A program made the position numbers and the translations under genes. A stretch of DNA of 64,000 bases from Syntrophaceae bacterium UBA7520 (lineage in GTDB: Bacteria > Desulfobacterota > Syntrophia > Syntrophales > Smithellaceae): assembly GCA_002478265.1 (NCBI GenBank), contig DLNC01000026.1, forward strand, positions 6,792 through 70,791, in the 5' to 3' direction. Shown in pieces: positions 54,165-64,000 of the stretch. The notes under the pieces are model-generated. The model worked only from the letters and a program-made list of their open reading frames with translations, was not told the DNA's origin and did no database searches. How positions within the stretch are numbered: position 1 is the first letter of the stretch; every line of letters begins with the position of its first letter.

Positions 54165-54494
54165 ATGTTTAAAATTCACTGCCCGGAATGCAAAAAATCT
54201 TTTTTGTGGACGGATGAAATGCCCCTGCAGGGCAAATGCCCCAATCCGGATTGCCGCTGGCAATATAATGTTCACGCCGAACTCAGGAAAAACGTGAATC
54301 CGACCGAGGAAGAGCAAAAAACAAAACCTCTGCTGTGCCCCTTCTGCCAGTCGCAAATCACTTCAAGAATTACCATTTGCCCTAATTGCGGACATATCGT
54401 GACGGGCAAAAGGTATTTTAAAAAAAGCTGGGCATTTCTATACCTTTGCGTGCTGCTGATTATTTTATCTCTTATTCTGAAATATTCTAATTAA
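54165..54494 (+). CDS. Double zinc-ribbon protein with C-terminal TM anchor (hypothetical)
   Basis: CPECKK...CPNPDC and CPFCQS...CPNCGH Cys pairs, then WAFLYLCVLLIILSLIL. The stop is 2 nt before the gcvT ATG. Confidence 0.6.
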   Translation: MFKIHCPECKKSFLWTDEMPLQGKCPNPDCRWQYNVHAELRKNVNPTEEEQKTKPLLCPFCQSQITSRITICPNCGHIVTGKRYFKKSWAFLYLCVLLIILSLILKYSN

Positions 54495-54496
54495 AA

Positions 54497-55594
54497 ATGG
54501 ATTTAAAAAAGACGCCGCTTTACGAAAAACACGTTTTGCTAAATGCCAAAATAATCGATTTCGGCGGCTGGGCGATGCCCGTTCAATACAGCAATGTAAT
54601 TGAAGAGCATCATACAACCCGCACTGCCGCGGCCATTTTTGACATCTGCCACATGGGGGAACTAGAAGTAAAAGGCCCGCGGGCGTTTGATCTGTTGCAG
54701 CTTGCCCTCACCAGGGATCTTGCCGACCAGAGGTTGGGACAGGTCAAGTTAAGCGCCCTCCTTAATGAAAAGGGCGGCATAATCGACGACCTTACCGTGT
54801 ATAAAAAAAGCGATGACTCTTTTATGCTGGTAACTAATGCCACAACTAAGGAGGCGGATTTTTCACAAATTTCGGGCATTCTCAGACAAAAAAGATACGA
54901 TTGCGTTCTCGAAGACATCAGCGACAAAACAGGAAAGCTCGATATCCAGGGGCCGCTTTCACAGGAAATTCTGCGGCAATCAATCACTGCAGATTTACAA
55001 AATCTTCCTTATTACCATTTTATAGAAGCAAACGTCATGGATATACCCGCGATCATTTCGCGCAGCGGCTACACCGGCGAAGACGGCTTTGAAATCTATG
55101 CGCCAGCCAAGCAGATCGGCGATATCTGGGAGCGGCTCATGGAAACAGGCAAGGCCTTCGGATTGAAACCCGCGGGACTGGGCGCGCGCGACACGCTGCG
55201 GCTGGAAGCGGGCATGATGCTCAACGGGCAGGATATGACCCGGGAAACAACTCCTCTGGAAGTTCCCTACGGCTGGCTGATTGACTGGAAAAAGGATTTC
55301 ATCGGCAAATCCGCCCTGGAGGAATTGAAAAAGACCGGGCCGGCGAAAAAATTGGTCGGCTTTGAAATGATTGGCCGCGGCATCGCCCGGCACGGCTATA
55401 AGGTATTTAGCGGCAAAAAGGAAATCGGCGTGGTAACTTCCGGCACTTTTTCCCCGACGCTGAACAAAGCCATCGGCCTGGCTTTTCTGGATGTTGATTT
55501 CAGCGCGCCGGAAACTTTCATTGATATCGCCATCCGCGAAACCAAGGCACAGGCAAAGATTGTAAAATTACCTTTCTACAAGAGAAAAAAATAA
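54497..55594 (+). CDS. gcvT: Glycine cleavage system T protein (aminomethyltransferase)
   Basis: KKTPLYEKH, GGWAMPVQY, FDICHMGE, SRSGYTGEDGFEI, GLGARDTLRLEAGM. Confidence 0.92.
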   Translation: MDLKKTPLYEKHVLLNAKIIDFGGWAMPVQYSNVIEEHHTTRTAAAIFDICHMGELEVKGPRAFDLLQLALTRDLADQRLGQVKLSALLNEKGGIIDDLTVYKKSDDSFMLVTNATTKEADFSQISGILRQKRYDCVLEDISDKTGKLDIQGPLSQEILRQSITADLQNLPYYHFIEANVMDIPAIISRSGYTGEDGFEIYAPAKQIGDIWERLMETGKAFGLKPAGLGARDTLRLEAGMMLNGQDMTRETTPLEVPYGWLIDWKKDFIGKSALEELKKTGPAKKLVGFEMIGRGIARHGYKVFSGKKEIGVVTSGTFSPTLNKAIGLAFLDVDFSAPETFIDIAIRETKAQAKIVKLPFYKRKK

Positions 55595-55616
55595 TATATT
55601 ATTAAGGAGAAGGATC

Positions 55617-56015
55617 ATGTCTAAACCTAATCCCGCCGACAGGCTCTATTCCAAAGATCATGAATGGCTCAAAGAGCATGGCGACGGCACGGCGACCATC
55701 GGCATCACCGACTACGCCCAGGAAATGCTCACCGATATCGTTTTTGTCGAACTGCCCAAAATCGGGAAAAAAGTTAAACAGGGCGAGGCAATGGCGGTGG
55801 TGGAATCGGTCAAATCCGTCTCGGAAGTCTACGCGCCGGCCAGCGGTGAAATTACAAAAACCAATACAGCATTGGAAGAAACACCAGAACTTATCAATAA
55901 AGACGCGTTCGGCGAAGGATGGATTGCCGAAATCAAGCTGGCGGACGTATCAGAAATAAAAACACTGCTTGACGCCGCCGCTTACGAAAAACTAATTCAA
56001 GAGGAAAAGCGCTGA
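55617..56015 (+). CDS. gcvH: Glycine cleavage system H protein
   Basis: Lipoyl-lysine block VESVKSVSEVYAP; 132 aa. Confidence 0.92.
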   Translation: MSKPNPADRLYSKDHEWLKEHGDGTATIGITDYAQEMLTDIVFVELPKIGKKVKQGEAMAVVESVKSVSEVYAPASGEITKTNTALEETPELINKDAFGEGWIAEIKLADVSEIKTLLDAAAYEKLIQEEKR

Positions 56016-56017
56016 GC

Positions 56018-57343
56018 ATGGATTATTGCCCGCACACCAAAGAAGATATCGCGCGGATGCAGAAAGCCATCGGCGTCAAGGACATCGAAGAGCTTTTTGC
56101 CGATATTCCCAAAAAATTCCGGCTGAAAAAAATTCCCGATCTGCCCGGGGCCCTCTCGGAGACGGAAACGATCGCGCTGATGAAAAACATCGCTGCCAGA
56201 AACTTTATGCCGCGCCTGACGCTCACCGGCGCGGGCGCGTACGCGCACCATATTCCTGCCGTGGTCAGCCATCTGGTGGGGCGAACGGAATTCTACAGCG
56301 CCTACACCCCTTATCAGGCGGAAATCAGCCAGGGTCTTCTGCAGGCAATTTATGAATATCAGACCATGGTCGCGAACCTCACCGGCACGGATATCGCAAA
56401 CGCCTCCATGTATGACGGCGCCTCCGCCATGGCCGAAGCGGCGGTATTGTGCGGCAAAATGTCGGGGCGCGGCAAAATTCTGATCGCGCGCTCTGTTCAT
56501 CCCGAATACCGAAAAGTCGCGCAAGCCTACGCCTGGGCCAACAGTTACGTTGTCTTGGAAATACCTTACGCGGCAGACGGACAGGTGGATACAAAAACTT
56601 TACGCAAAGAAATTGATGATAATACTGCCGCCGTTTTGATACAAAGCCCGAATTTCTTCGGTTGTATAGAAGATGTCGCAGCAGTGTCTGAGGCTGCTCA
56701 CGCGCGTGGCGCGCTGGTCATTTCCGGATTCACCGACGGCACTTCTCTGGGCCTTTTAAAACCCGCCGGTTGTGCCGGCGCCGACTTTGTCGTCGGCGAA
56801 GGGCAAAGCTTCGGCAACCCGCTCAACTACGGCGGCCCTTATCTGGGTATTTTCGCGGCCAAGGAAAAATACCTGCGGCGCATTCCCGGCAGGCTGGCGG
56901 GCGCTACGGTCGATAAAAACGGAAAACGCGGTTTTGTGCTCACGCTCCAGACCCGCGAGCAGCATATCCGCCGGGAAAAAGCCACATCCAATATCTGCTC
57001 CAACGAAGCGCTGTGCGCGTTGGCGGCGGGTATTTATCTGGCGGCGCTTGGAAAAAACCTGCGCAAACTGGCCTTGTTGAACGTTCAAAAAACACAATAT
57101 TTCAAGGAAAAGGTTTCCTCCCTGCCGGGATGGAGAACAATCTTTGCCGCGCCGGTTTACAATGAATTTGTCGTTACCTGCCCCGACGCCCGCCAGGCAA
57201 ATGACAAATTGCGCCGCGAAGGCATCATCGGCGGCTATGAACTGCAAAATGATTATCCGGAGCTGGAGAATTCGCTTCTTTTCTGCGTGACGGAACTCAT
57301 TTCCAAAGAAGACATGGACCGCGTTGTCGGAATTCTGAAATAG
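56018..57343 (+). CDS. gcvPA: Glycine dehydrogenase (decarboxylating) subunit 1
   Basis: [21 protein letters not shown] block; 441 aa; position between gcvH and gcvPB. Confidence 0.9.
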   Translation: MDYCPHTKEDIARMQKAIGVKDIEELFADIPKKFRLKKIPDLPGALSETETIALMKNIAARNFMPRLTLTGAGAYAHHIPAVVSHLVGRTEFYSAYTPYQAEISQGLLQAIYEYQTMVANLTGTDIANASMYDGASAMAEAAVLCGKMSGRGKILIARSVHPEYRKVAQAYAWANSYVVLEIPYAADGQVDTKTLRKEIDDNTAAVLIQSPNFFGCIEDVAAVSEAAHARGALVISGFTDGTSLGLLKPAGCAGADFVVGEGQSFGNPLNYGGPYLGIFAAKEKYLRRIPGRLAGATVDKNGKRGFVLTLQTREQHIRREKATSNICSNEALCALAAGIYLAALGKNLRKLALLNVQKTQYFKEKVSSLPGWRTIFAAPVYNEFVVTCPDARQANDKLRREGIIGGYELQNDYPELENSLLFCVTELISKEDMDRVVGILK

Positions 57344-57356
57344 CAGAGGTGTTTCC

Positions 57357-58799
57357 ATGGAACTAATTTTTGAAATAAGCAAACCCGGACGCGCGACGAC
57401 GGACATACCGCAAAGCGATGTTCCCGAAAAAGATATTTCGGCAATAATAGATGCCCGCTACCTGCGCGATGAGCTGGACCTGCCGGAAGTTGCCGAGATC
57501 GACCTTGTGCGGCACTATACCAATTTATCCAGAAGGAACTTCGGCGTGGATCTGGGATTTTACCCGCTGGGTTCCTGCACCATGAAATACAATCCCAAAA
57601 TCAACGAAACTGTCGCGGCTTTTCCGGAGTTCACATGCCTTCACCCTTACGCCCCGGCCGATTTTGCCCAGGGCAATTTACAGCTCATGTTTTCCCTGCA
57701 GCAGCTGCTCAAAAATATTTTCGGCATGGCTGAATTCACGCTGCAGCCGGCGGCGGGCGCGCACGGCGAACTCACCGGCGTCATGGTGATTAAAAAGTAT
57801 TACGAGCGCCGCGGCGAAAAACGAGGCATCGTGCTGATTCCGGACACGGCGCACGGCACCAATCCGGCCTCCGGCGCGCTGTGCGGATTCGAAACCGTAA
57901 CGCTGCGCTCCAACGCTGATGGCGGCGTCGACATTGAGCATCTGAAATCGCTGATGGATGAAACTGTCGCGGCGCTGATGCTGACCAATCCCAACACGCT
58001 GGGCCTCTTCGAGCGCAATATTGAACAAGTAGCGCAGCTTGTGCACGACAGGGGCGGCCTGCTCTATGGCGACGGGGCCAACGCCAACGCTTTTCTAGGC
58101 AAGACGCGCCCCGGCGATTTGGGCTTTGACGTCATTCAGCTCAACCTGCATAAAACATTTTCCACGCCGCACGGCGGCGGCGGCCCCGGCAGCGGCCCGG
58201 TGGGCGTCGGATCAAAGCTGGTGGATTTCCTGCCGGTTCCCCGCATTGTCAAGGATGCCGATAAATACAAGCTTTCGGAAAACTTCCCCCACAGCATCGG
58301 GCGCGTGCGCGCTTTTTACGGCAACTTCAACGTGATCGTCAAAGCTTATACTTACATACGGTCGCTCGGCGCGGAAGGGTTGACCCGCGCCGCGGAAATG
58401 GCGGTACTCAACGCGAATTATATCAAGGAAAAACTAAAACCCTATTATGATTTGCCCTACGACCGAGTCTGCATGCATGAATGCGTCTTTTCCGGAAAGA
58501 AGCAAGTCGCTGAAAGCGGCGTTCATACCACCGACATCGCCAAGCGGTTGATCGACTTCGGTTATCATCCGCCGACGATTTATTTTCCACTGATTGTGCC
58601 GGAGGCGATAATGATCGAACCGACGGAAACAGAAAGCGTCGAAACGCTTGATCAATTCTGCGATGCCATGATCGCCATCGCGCGCGAAACCAAAGAAAAC
58701 CCGCAGCGCCTTAAAGACGCGCCGTTTTCCACGCCGGTGCGCCGTCTCGATGAAGTCCTGGCGGCGCGCAAACCTGATGTCGCCTGGAAAAAACCCTGA
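57357..58799 (+). CDS. gcvPB: Glycine dehydrogenase (decarboxylating) subunit 2
   Basis: PLP-lysine block [16 protein letters not shown]; 480 aa. Confidence 0.9.
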   Translation: MELIFEISKPGRATTDIPQSDVPEKDISAIIDARYLRDELDLPEVAEIDLVRHYTNLSRRNFGVDLGFYPLGSCTMKYNPKINETVAAFPEFTCLHPYAPADFAQGNLQLMFSLQQLLKNIFGMAEFTLQPAAGAHGELTGVMVIKKYYERRGEKRGIVLIPDTAHGTNPASGALCGFETVTLRSNADGGVDIEHLKSLMDETVAALMLTNPNTLGLFERNIEQVAQLVHDRGGLLYGDGANANAFLGKTRPGDLGFDVIQLNLHKTFSTPHGGGGPGSGPVGVGSKLVDFLPVPRIVKDADKYKLSENFPHSIGRVRAFYGNFNVIVKAYTYIRSLGAEGLTRAAEMAVLNANYIKEKLKPYYDLPYDRVCMHECVFSGKKQVAESGVHTTDIAKRLIDFGYHPPTIYFPLIVPEAIMIEPTETESVETLDQFCDAMIAIARETKENPQRLKDAPFSTPVRRLDEVLAARKPDVAWKKP

Positions 58800-58800
58800 A

Positions 58801-59661
58801 ATGAAAACACCGTCAGGCCAGCCATATCTGCGCAAACCACCCTGGCTCAAAGTGCCTCCACCCTACGCGCGGCACAGCCATCACATACGCGCAACGCTGG
58901 CCGGGCTTAATCTGCATACCGTTTGTCAGGAAGCACACTGCCCCAACATCGCCGAGTGTTTTGCTGACGGCACGGCAACTTTTCTGATCATGGGCAATAC
59001 CTGCACACGCAATTGTCTGTATTGCCATGTCATGCACGGCAAGCCACAACCACTTGACCGACAGGAATGCGAGCGCCTGGCAAAAGCCGTGCGGGACATG
59101 AACCTAAATTACGTGGTTATCACATCTGTCACGCGCGATGACCTGCCGGACGGCGGAGCGTACTTTTTTGCCGAATGCATCGACCGACTGCGCCGGGAAA
59201 ATCCGGAAATTAAAACAGAAGTATTAATTCCCGATTTCCGGGGAAATCAAGCGGCGCTCGATAAAACAATCAAAGCTGCGCCTGACGTGATTAATCACAA
59301 CATAGAAGTGGTCAGATCCCTGTTCGGGCGTCTCCGGCCTCAGGGAAATTACACGTTGTCGCTGAACATTTTACGCCATGTATCCCGGAGAGCTGTCATT
59401 GCCAAAAGCGGCTTCATGGTGGGCTTCGGCGAGACTAATGATGATATTCTAAGTCTCATGGATGATCTGGCTTCCACGGGCTGCGCGCGCCTGACCATCG
59501 GGCAGTATCAGCAACCGACACTCAAGCACTGGCCGGTGGCCAAATACTATCACCCGGAAGAATTTGCGAAACTAAAAGAAATCGCTTATCAAAAAGGATT
59601 CCAACATGTAGAATCAGGGCCGTTGGTGCGCAGCTCCTATCACGCGGCCCGTGAGGTGTAA
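58801..59661 (+). CDS. lipA: Lipoyl synthase
   Basis: CQEAHCPNIAECF auxiliary cluster and the radical-SAM motif CTRNCLYC. The ATG at 58801 directly follows the gcvPB stop; the ORF-track start at 58750 overlaps gcvPB. Confidence 0.88.
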   Translation: MKTPSGQPYLRKPPWLKVPPPYARHSHHIRATLAGLNLHTVCQEAHCPNIAECFADGTATFLIMGNTCTRNCLYCHVMHGKPQPLDRQECERLAKAVRDMNLNYVVITSVTRDDLPDGGAYFFAECIDRLRRENPEIKTEVLIPDFRGNQAALDKTIKAAPDVINHNIEVVRSLFGRLRPQGNYTLSLNILRHVSRRAVIAKSGFMVGFGETNDDILSLMDDLASTGCARLTIGQYQQPTLKHWPVAKYYHPEEFAKLKEIAYQKGFQHVESGPLVRSSYHAAREV

Positions 59662-59663
59662 GC

Positions 59664-61010
59664 ATGCCCGAAGAATACGATTTGATTGTTATCGGCGGAG
59701 GCCCCGGCGGCGTGGCCGCGGCGCGAAAAGCGGCGGCGCATGGCAAACGCGCGCTGGTTATCGAAAACGCGGGCTGGGGAGGCACGTGCGCCAATCACGG
59801 CTGCATCCCGACCAAGGCGCTTCTGACATGCAGCAAACATTTTGCCGACCTGAAAAAACTCAAACGCCTGGGCATCAATGTCGCCGATCCGGCGGTTGAC
59901 TTTTCCGCGATAAAAAAGCACCAGCAGCAGGCCGTAAAAATAGCGGCGCTGGGCGCCCACAAAACACTTGCCGATGGGCAGGTGGAAACAAAATTCGGCA
60001 CCGGAGAAATCGCCTCGCCGCGCGAAGTACAATACAAAGACGCGGAAGGAAACATAAAAAAATTCTCCGCGGCAAACATCATTATCGCCTGGGGAGCAAA
60101 GCCGCAGTTATTGCCCCAGATACGGCCATCAGAAAGAATTCTGACATCGGATGATCTGCTTAAGCTGGAAAAGCTGCCCGAAAGCATCGTTATCATCGGG
60201 GCAAGCGTGATCGGCGTGGAGTTCGCGACATGCTACGCCGAATTGGGCGTAAAAGTAACCCTCGTCGAACTACTGGATAGAATTTTGCCCTACGAAGATC
60301 AGGATGCGGCGGGGCTGCTCAGGCAGGAGTTGACGCGCCTGGGCGTCAGTATTCATACTGCGGCAAAACTCGAAAACATCACCGACACCGGAGATAGTGT
60401 GGTTGCCAGGGTGCAGGCGGGCAGCGAGCAACTCGAGAAAATCGCTAATTACGCGCTTCTTTGCACCGGCAGAAAGCCTCTGCTTCATGAAGAAGAATTG
60501 GATAAACTGAAAATCGAATACACCAAAGCGGGAATAAAAGTTGACAAAAATATGATGACAAATGTGGCGGGCGTTTACGCCGTGGGAGACGTTACCGGAG
60601 GGCTGATGCTGGCGCACCGCGCGGCGCTTATGGGCGAAATTGCCGCGGGGCATATCAGCGGCGACGACACAATCAGCTACAATGAAAATTTTATCCCGGC
60701 CGTTGTTTACAGCCACCCGCAAATCGCCCGTGTCGGCGATATCCGGGAAAGCGCGGAAGTCCAGGTGCGCAAATCCGAATACTCCGCCAATATCATTGCC
60801 CGCATGGAGCTCGTGACCAACGGATTTGTCAAAGCGTTTTTCCGGGAGGGCAAAATAATCGGCGCGACGATTGTCGGCGAAGAAGCCGCCGAACTAATCG
60901 CGCCGCTGACGTTGGCCGTCTGCGAGGAAATGTCCGAAAAACAACTGCGCGCATGGATTATCGCGCACCCGACGTTAAGCGAAATATTTACCGGGTTGTT
61001 CAGCGGCTGA
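59664..61010 (+). CDS. lpdA: Dihydrolipoyl dehydrogenase (L-protein / E3)
   Basis: GGGPGG, redox disulfide GTCANHGCIPTK, C-terminal AHPTLSE. Confidence 0.88.
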   Translation: MPEEYDLIVIGGGPGGVAAARKAAAHGKRALVIENAGWGGTCANHGCIPTKALLTCSKHFADLKKLKRLGINVADPAVDFSAIKKHQQQAVKIAALGAHKTLADGQVETKFGTGEIASPREVQYKDAEGNIKKFSAANIIIAWGAKPQLLPQIRPSERILTSDDLLKLEKLPESIVIIGASVIGVEFATCYAELGVKVTLVELLDRILPYEDQDAAGLLRQELTRLGVSIHTAAKLENITDTGDSVVARVQAGSEQLEKIANYALLCTGRKPLLHEEELDKLKIEYTKAGIKVDKNMMTNVAGVYAVGDVTGGLMLAHRAALMGEIAAGHISGDDTISYNENFIPAVVYSHPQIARVGDIRESAEVQVRKSEYSANIIARMELVTNGFVKAFFREGKIIGATIVGEEAAELIAPLTLAVCEEMSEKQLRAWIIAHPTLSEIFTGLFSG

Positions 61011-61407
61011 TTTTATCGCGTTTTTTATCGACCAAAGCAAGTTCTTTGATCAGCTGCCTGGTGCGCCAGAGCCTTTCCTTTTCGGAAATATTTTCGTCTT
61101 CCATCTCTGCGCATTTTCTGCTTGCCTCGGCGCATTTTTCTATCCATTCCTGCGAATGCAGATCCAGCTTGCGCCTCTCGCGCGCTTTAGTACTTTCCAA
61201 AACAGGATCCGCATCCGGTTTTTGCGGGCGCGGTTTTTTGCGCCTTTCGGGACGCGTCATTTCCGCAAGTAATTGCTTTATCCGCCACCACTTTTCCGCC
61301 GCGGGTATATCGTTGTCATCAATCTCGGAAACTTTGCGCAAAGCGTCTCGGCATTTATCTTCCCATTGTCGGGAAAAAAAATCTATCAAATCGCTTTTTT
61401 GCGGCAT
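61000..61407 (-). CDS. Hypothetical charged protein with an internal ~38-aa duplication
   Basis: QWEDKCRDALRKVSEIDDNDIPAAEKWWRIKQLLAEM and QEWIEKCAEASRKCAEMEDENISEKERLWRTRQLIKEL. Preferred over the antisense ORF 60953..61468 on composition. Confidence 0.5.
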   Translation of the reverse strand: MPQKSDLIDFFSRQWEDKCRDALRKVSEIDDNDIPAAEKWWRIKQLLAEMTRPERRKKPRPQKPDADPVLESTKARERRKLDLHSQEWIEKCAEASRKCAEMEDENISEKERLWRTRQLIKELALVDKKRDKISR

Positions 61408-61499
61408 GGCAATCCCCCTGCAGGACTTTTATATAATGCCTATATGCGCGACATGTTCTTTTAAATAATTATAAAATGGACTAAATTATGACGCAACTA

Positions 61500-62354
61500 T
61501 TATATTGCGGCGTGCGCGGAAATAATTTTTGCCAATTCGCTGCCGTAAGATTGCTTCTTTTCCGGCGGCAGAATCTCGTTCAGGCTGTTGATGCCCCGCG
61601 CCAGTTCCAGCAGCACATTGTCCGGCAAAAACATGAAGATGGCGCGGTTTTCTTCTTTGGCCCGCCGCCAACGCCAGGCGTAAAGTTTTTTCAGCAGCGC
61701 TTTTTGCTGCGCATTCAAATCCCGGTAACCTTTTATTTTTGTGTGCCCCAGGCGATCCATGCTTTTTTCCTGCCAGTCGGCAGCGGCAATTCTGGCAAAT
61801 GCCATCGCGGCTGCTTCTTCCAAATTCTTTTCTTTTAGCTGCGCGAGCTGTCGCTCATACAATCCGGCAAGATAAGCCACATCCTGCGCGGCATACGAAA
61901 GCTGGTCTTCCAAAAGCGGACGGTTATCCCAGCGTGAGCGTTGCATTTTTTTGTTCTTTGCCAGATTAACGCCCACAAACTCGGCAATCATCTTCTCCAG
62001 CGAAAGCTGTTTGAAGCCCAGCATCAGCGCCGCCCGGTGCGTGTCAAAAATATTCTCAAAATCAAAGGAGTAATCACGCCTGAGCAGGCGGATGTCATTA
62101 TCCGCGGCGTGCAAAACTTTGATCTTCTGTCGCTGGCGGAAAACCTCGCCCAGAAAAGACAAATCAAAATCCGCCAATGGATCAAAAATATAAGTGGTGT
62201 CACCGGCGTGAATCTGAATCAGGCAAAGCTTTTCGCGGAAATAACGGAAGGAGTCATATTCCGTGTCAATCCCCAATACCAGGCTTTTTCTGATATCTTC
62301 GGCGGCACGCTTAAGTCTTGACGGACTGTCAACCAATATCCATTTTGCTTTCAT
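61500..62354 (-). CDS. rnd: RNase D-like 3'-5' exonuclease (DEDDy) with HRDC-like C-terminus
   Basis: ExoI GIDTEY, ExoII HAADNDI, ExoIII YAAQDV. Confidence 0.8.
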   Translation of the reverse strand: MKAKWILVDSPSRLKRAAEDIRKSLVLGIDTEYDSFRYFREKLCLIQIHAGDTTYIFDPLADFDLSFLGEVFRQRQKIKVLHAADNDIRLLRRDYSFDFENIFDTHRAALMLGFKQLSLEKMIAEFVGVNLAKNKKMQRSRWDNRPLLEDQLSYAAQDVAYLAGLYERQLAQLKEKNLEEAAAMAFARIAAADWQEKSMDRLGHTKIKGYRDLNAQQKALLKKLYAWRWRRAKEENRAIFMFLPDNVLLELARGINSLNEILPPEKKQSYGSELAKIISAHAAI

Positions 62355-62364
62355 GGTTTATTAT

Positions 62365-63141
62365 TTATCTTAAATAATAATTTAATGCCATGAAAATAAG
62401 AAGCATAACAGCAAAGACAAAAGCGGTCCGGTAATCGGCCGGTTTCATTTTCAACACGACAAACGATGAGCGTTCGCCACGCGCGTAATTTCTTGCTTCC
62501 ATCGCCAGCGCCAGCTCATCGGCGCGCCGGAAAAGCCCCAGCAAAAGAGCAATTATTAAAGATAAAAATGCCCCCACTCGCCTTTTTAGAGATGACCGGC
62601 GCCAGTCATAAGCGCGCGCTAACTGCGCTTTTTCAATTTTATCCTTCTGCCAAAGCAAAAAAGGCATCATCCGCAGCGCGAGCATGATCATTACCACGAT
62701 ATCATCGACGGGAACGCGCAGATGTTTAAGCGGTCGCAGAAAATACTTAAGCGCCGCGATTATTTGTGCCGGCATGGTGGTCATGGTCAGTAAAAGCGCC
62801 GCCGTAATAAGGAGCAAAAATCGCCACGTCACGACAAATCCTTCCCGCATGCCCGATGCCGAAATCCCCGGAAATGAACCATCATTCCGGCTGAATAATG
62901 CATGCGCCAGAAAGATCAAAACAATAAAAAATAAAAGTGGCTTTATCGCCTGACCCAGCGTGCGCAGTGTTATTTTTGCAGACAAAACGGCGCAGAATAA
63001 ACATCCGCCCATAAATAATATCGTGAGAGGTTTGGCCCAGATAATAAAAACACTCAAAGAAACAACGGCAGCAAGCTTTAAGCGGGCATCGAGCCTGTGA
63101 ACAAATGACTCCCCGGATATGAATGTTCCCGCACGATACAT
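62365..63141 (-). CDS. ecfT: ECF transporter transmembrane (T) component
   Basis: Multi-TM CbiQ/EcfT pattern with ALAMEARNY near the C-terminus, directly downstream of an ECF-type ATPase. Confidence 0.8.
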   Translation of the reverse strand: MYRAGTFISGESFVHRLDARLKLAAVVSLSVFIIWAKPLTILFMGGCLFCAVLSAKITLRTLGQAIKPLLFFIVLIFLAHALFSRNDGSFPGISASGMREGFVVTWRFLLLITAALLLTMTTMPAQIIAALKYFLRPLKHLRVPVDDIVVMIMLALRMMPFLLWQKDKIEKAQLARAYDWRRSSLKRRVGAFLSLIIALLLGLFRRADELALAMEARNYARGERSSFVVLKMKPADYRTAFVFAVMLLIFMALNYYLR

Positions 63142-63147
63142 AAAGGC

Positions 63148-63975
63148 TCACTTTTTTTTGATTAATTGCCCGATGTAATCCGCTGCTTCGTCAGGATCAA
63201 AAATGTCCGTGCGCACCGGCAAACCGGATTTTTTCAGCTTGAGCAACATTTGTGTAATCTGCGGCAGGCGCAGGTTTATCTGCTGCAACAGTTTTGTCTC
63301 GGCGAATACCTTGGCTGCTGTCGCGTCAAGATAAACTGCTCCTTTATTGAGTACCACAACTCTTTCGGCCAGCGCCGCCTGCTCCATTTTGTGCGTAACA
63401 TGTATTATTCCCACACCGGCGCGATGCAGGTTATCCATAGTTTCCAAAACACGCGCGGCCGCCGCCGGATCAAGAAACGCGGTCGGCTCATCCAGCGCGA
63501 TATAGCGAGGATTCATCGCCAGCACTCCGGCAATGGCTACCAGCCTCTTTTCTCCTCCGGAAAGATTTTCGATGTTGCGCGTAGCCAAATCATTGATTCC
63601 CGCTCTCTGCAAAGACTCGGCCACCCTTTTTTTAATTTTCGCCGCCGGTAGACGCAGATTTTCCGGCCCAAAGGCGACGTCTTCCTCCACTGTCATGCCG
63701 ATAATCTGATTATCGGGATTCTGGAAAACCATGCCCACGCACGACCTGATTTCCGTATGATGCTTTGCTATTTTTGTATCCAGCCCGTTTATTTCAACCG
63801 AGCCTTTATCGGGCAACAATAAGGCGTTCAAATGTCTGATCAGCGTTGTTTTGCCGCAGCCGTTGGGGCCAATCAGCGCGACGTATTCACCGTCTTTTAT
63901 TTCCAGAGAAACACCGCGCAGCGCGGCAATTCCTTCCGGCTCATAACGGTAATGAACATTGTTTAAACTGATCAA
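63148..63975 (-). CDS. ecfA: ECF transporter ATP-binding protein
   Basis: Walker A GPNGCGKTT, signature LSGGEKRLVAIAG, Walker B YIALDEPTAFLD. Confidence 0.88.
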   Translation of the reverse strand: MISLNNVHYRYEPEGIAALRGVSLEIKDGEYVALIGPNGCGKTTLIRHLNALLLPDKGSVEINGLDTKIAKHHTEIRSCVGMVFQNPDNQIIGMTVEEDVAFGPENLRLPAAKIKKRVAESLQRAGINDLATRNIENLSGGEKRLVAIAGVLAMNPRYIALDEPTAFLDPAAAARVLETMDNLHRAGVGIIHVTHKMEQAALAERVVVLNKGAVYLDATAAKVFAETKLLQQINLRLPQITQMLLKLKKSGLPVRTDIFDPDEAADYIGQLIKKK

Positions 63976-64000
63976 AGATATATCCTAAATTATTATCCGT

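Noticed and set aside
54057-54356. 99-aa minus-strand ORF
   Set aside because: It overlaps the zinc-ribbon ORF, which has paired CxxC motifs and is translationally coupled to gcvT. The minus-strand product has no features.
56756-57406. 216-aa minus-strand ORF
   Set aside because: It is antisense to gcvPA/gcvPB, which are clearly real.
60953-61468. 171-aa plus-strand ORF
   Set aside because: It is Ser/Leu/Cys/Phe-rich, overlaps the lpd 3' end in another frame, and is fully antisense to the more protein-like, internally duplicated minus-strand ORF 61000..61407.

Overview
This is a 64-kb chromosomal segment from a Gram-negative strict anaerobe. It carries LPS and outer-membrane genes (kdsB, hldD, pldA) and an energy metabolism built on Hdr/Flx/MvhD and a tungsten-type AOR. 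I assigned about 55 protein genes by motif recognition only, with no searches run. I saw no rRNA, tRNA, CRISPR array, transposase or integrase.

Layout:
- 1-7.7 kb: tail of a GxxExxY gene, a phased 12-bp motif array, a stand-alone receiver, and two paralogous REC-PAS(n)-HD-GYP c-di-GMP phosphodiesterase-type genes (585 and 1495 aa). Each is preceded by the same ~98% identical non-coding block.
- 7.7-12.7 kb: acyltransferase/hydrolase fusion, glpQ, hisF, and a stand-alone GMP-synthase ATP-PPase subunit.
- 13-19 kb: TPM-domain pair, AOR, a repeat-rich lipoprotein and a LysE exporter.
- 19.2-35.2 kb: 13 co-directional genes forming two tandem but differently wired Flx-Hdr modules.
- 35.5-43.2 kb: engB, a sigma54-dependent two-component system, and a divergent operon for an orphan signal-peptide-bearing ATP-synthase c-subunit-like proteolipid plus a Cache-only membrane protein.
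- 43-64 kb: housekeeping genes, namely pldA, kdsB, hldD, split ADP-forming acetyl-CoA synthetase, pgeF, rluD, selA, a HemN-like radical SAM, def, a complete gcvT-H-PA-PB-lipA-lpd operon, rnd and ecfTA.

Most notable observations:
- An MvhD-like gene is interrupted by an in-frame TGA exactly at a conserved Cys. A SECIS-like hairpin lies downstream and selA is in the window, so this is a selenoprotein that the ORF track splits in two.
- A 1475-aa HdrA-GltD-HdrA fusion heads the Hdr/Flx supercluster.
- A well-formed sigma54 promoter links the two-component system to the c-subunit-like/Cache operon. This is my best candidate for an undescribed module.
- A family of nested palindromic REP-like elements is present, including one inside an operon.
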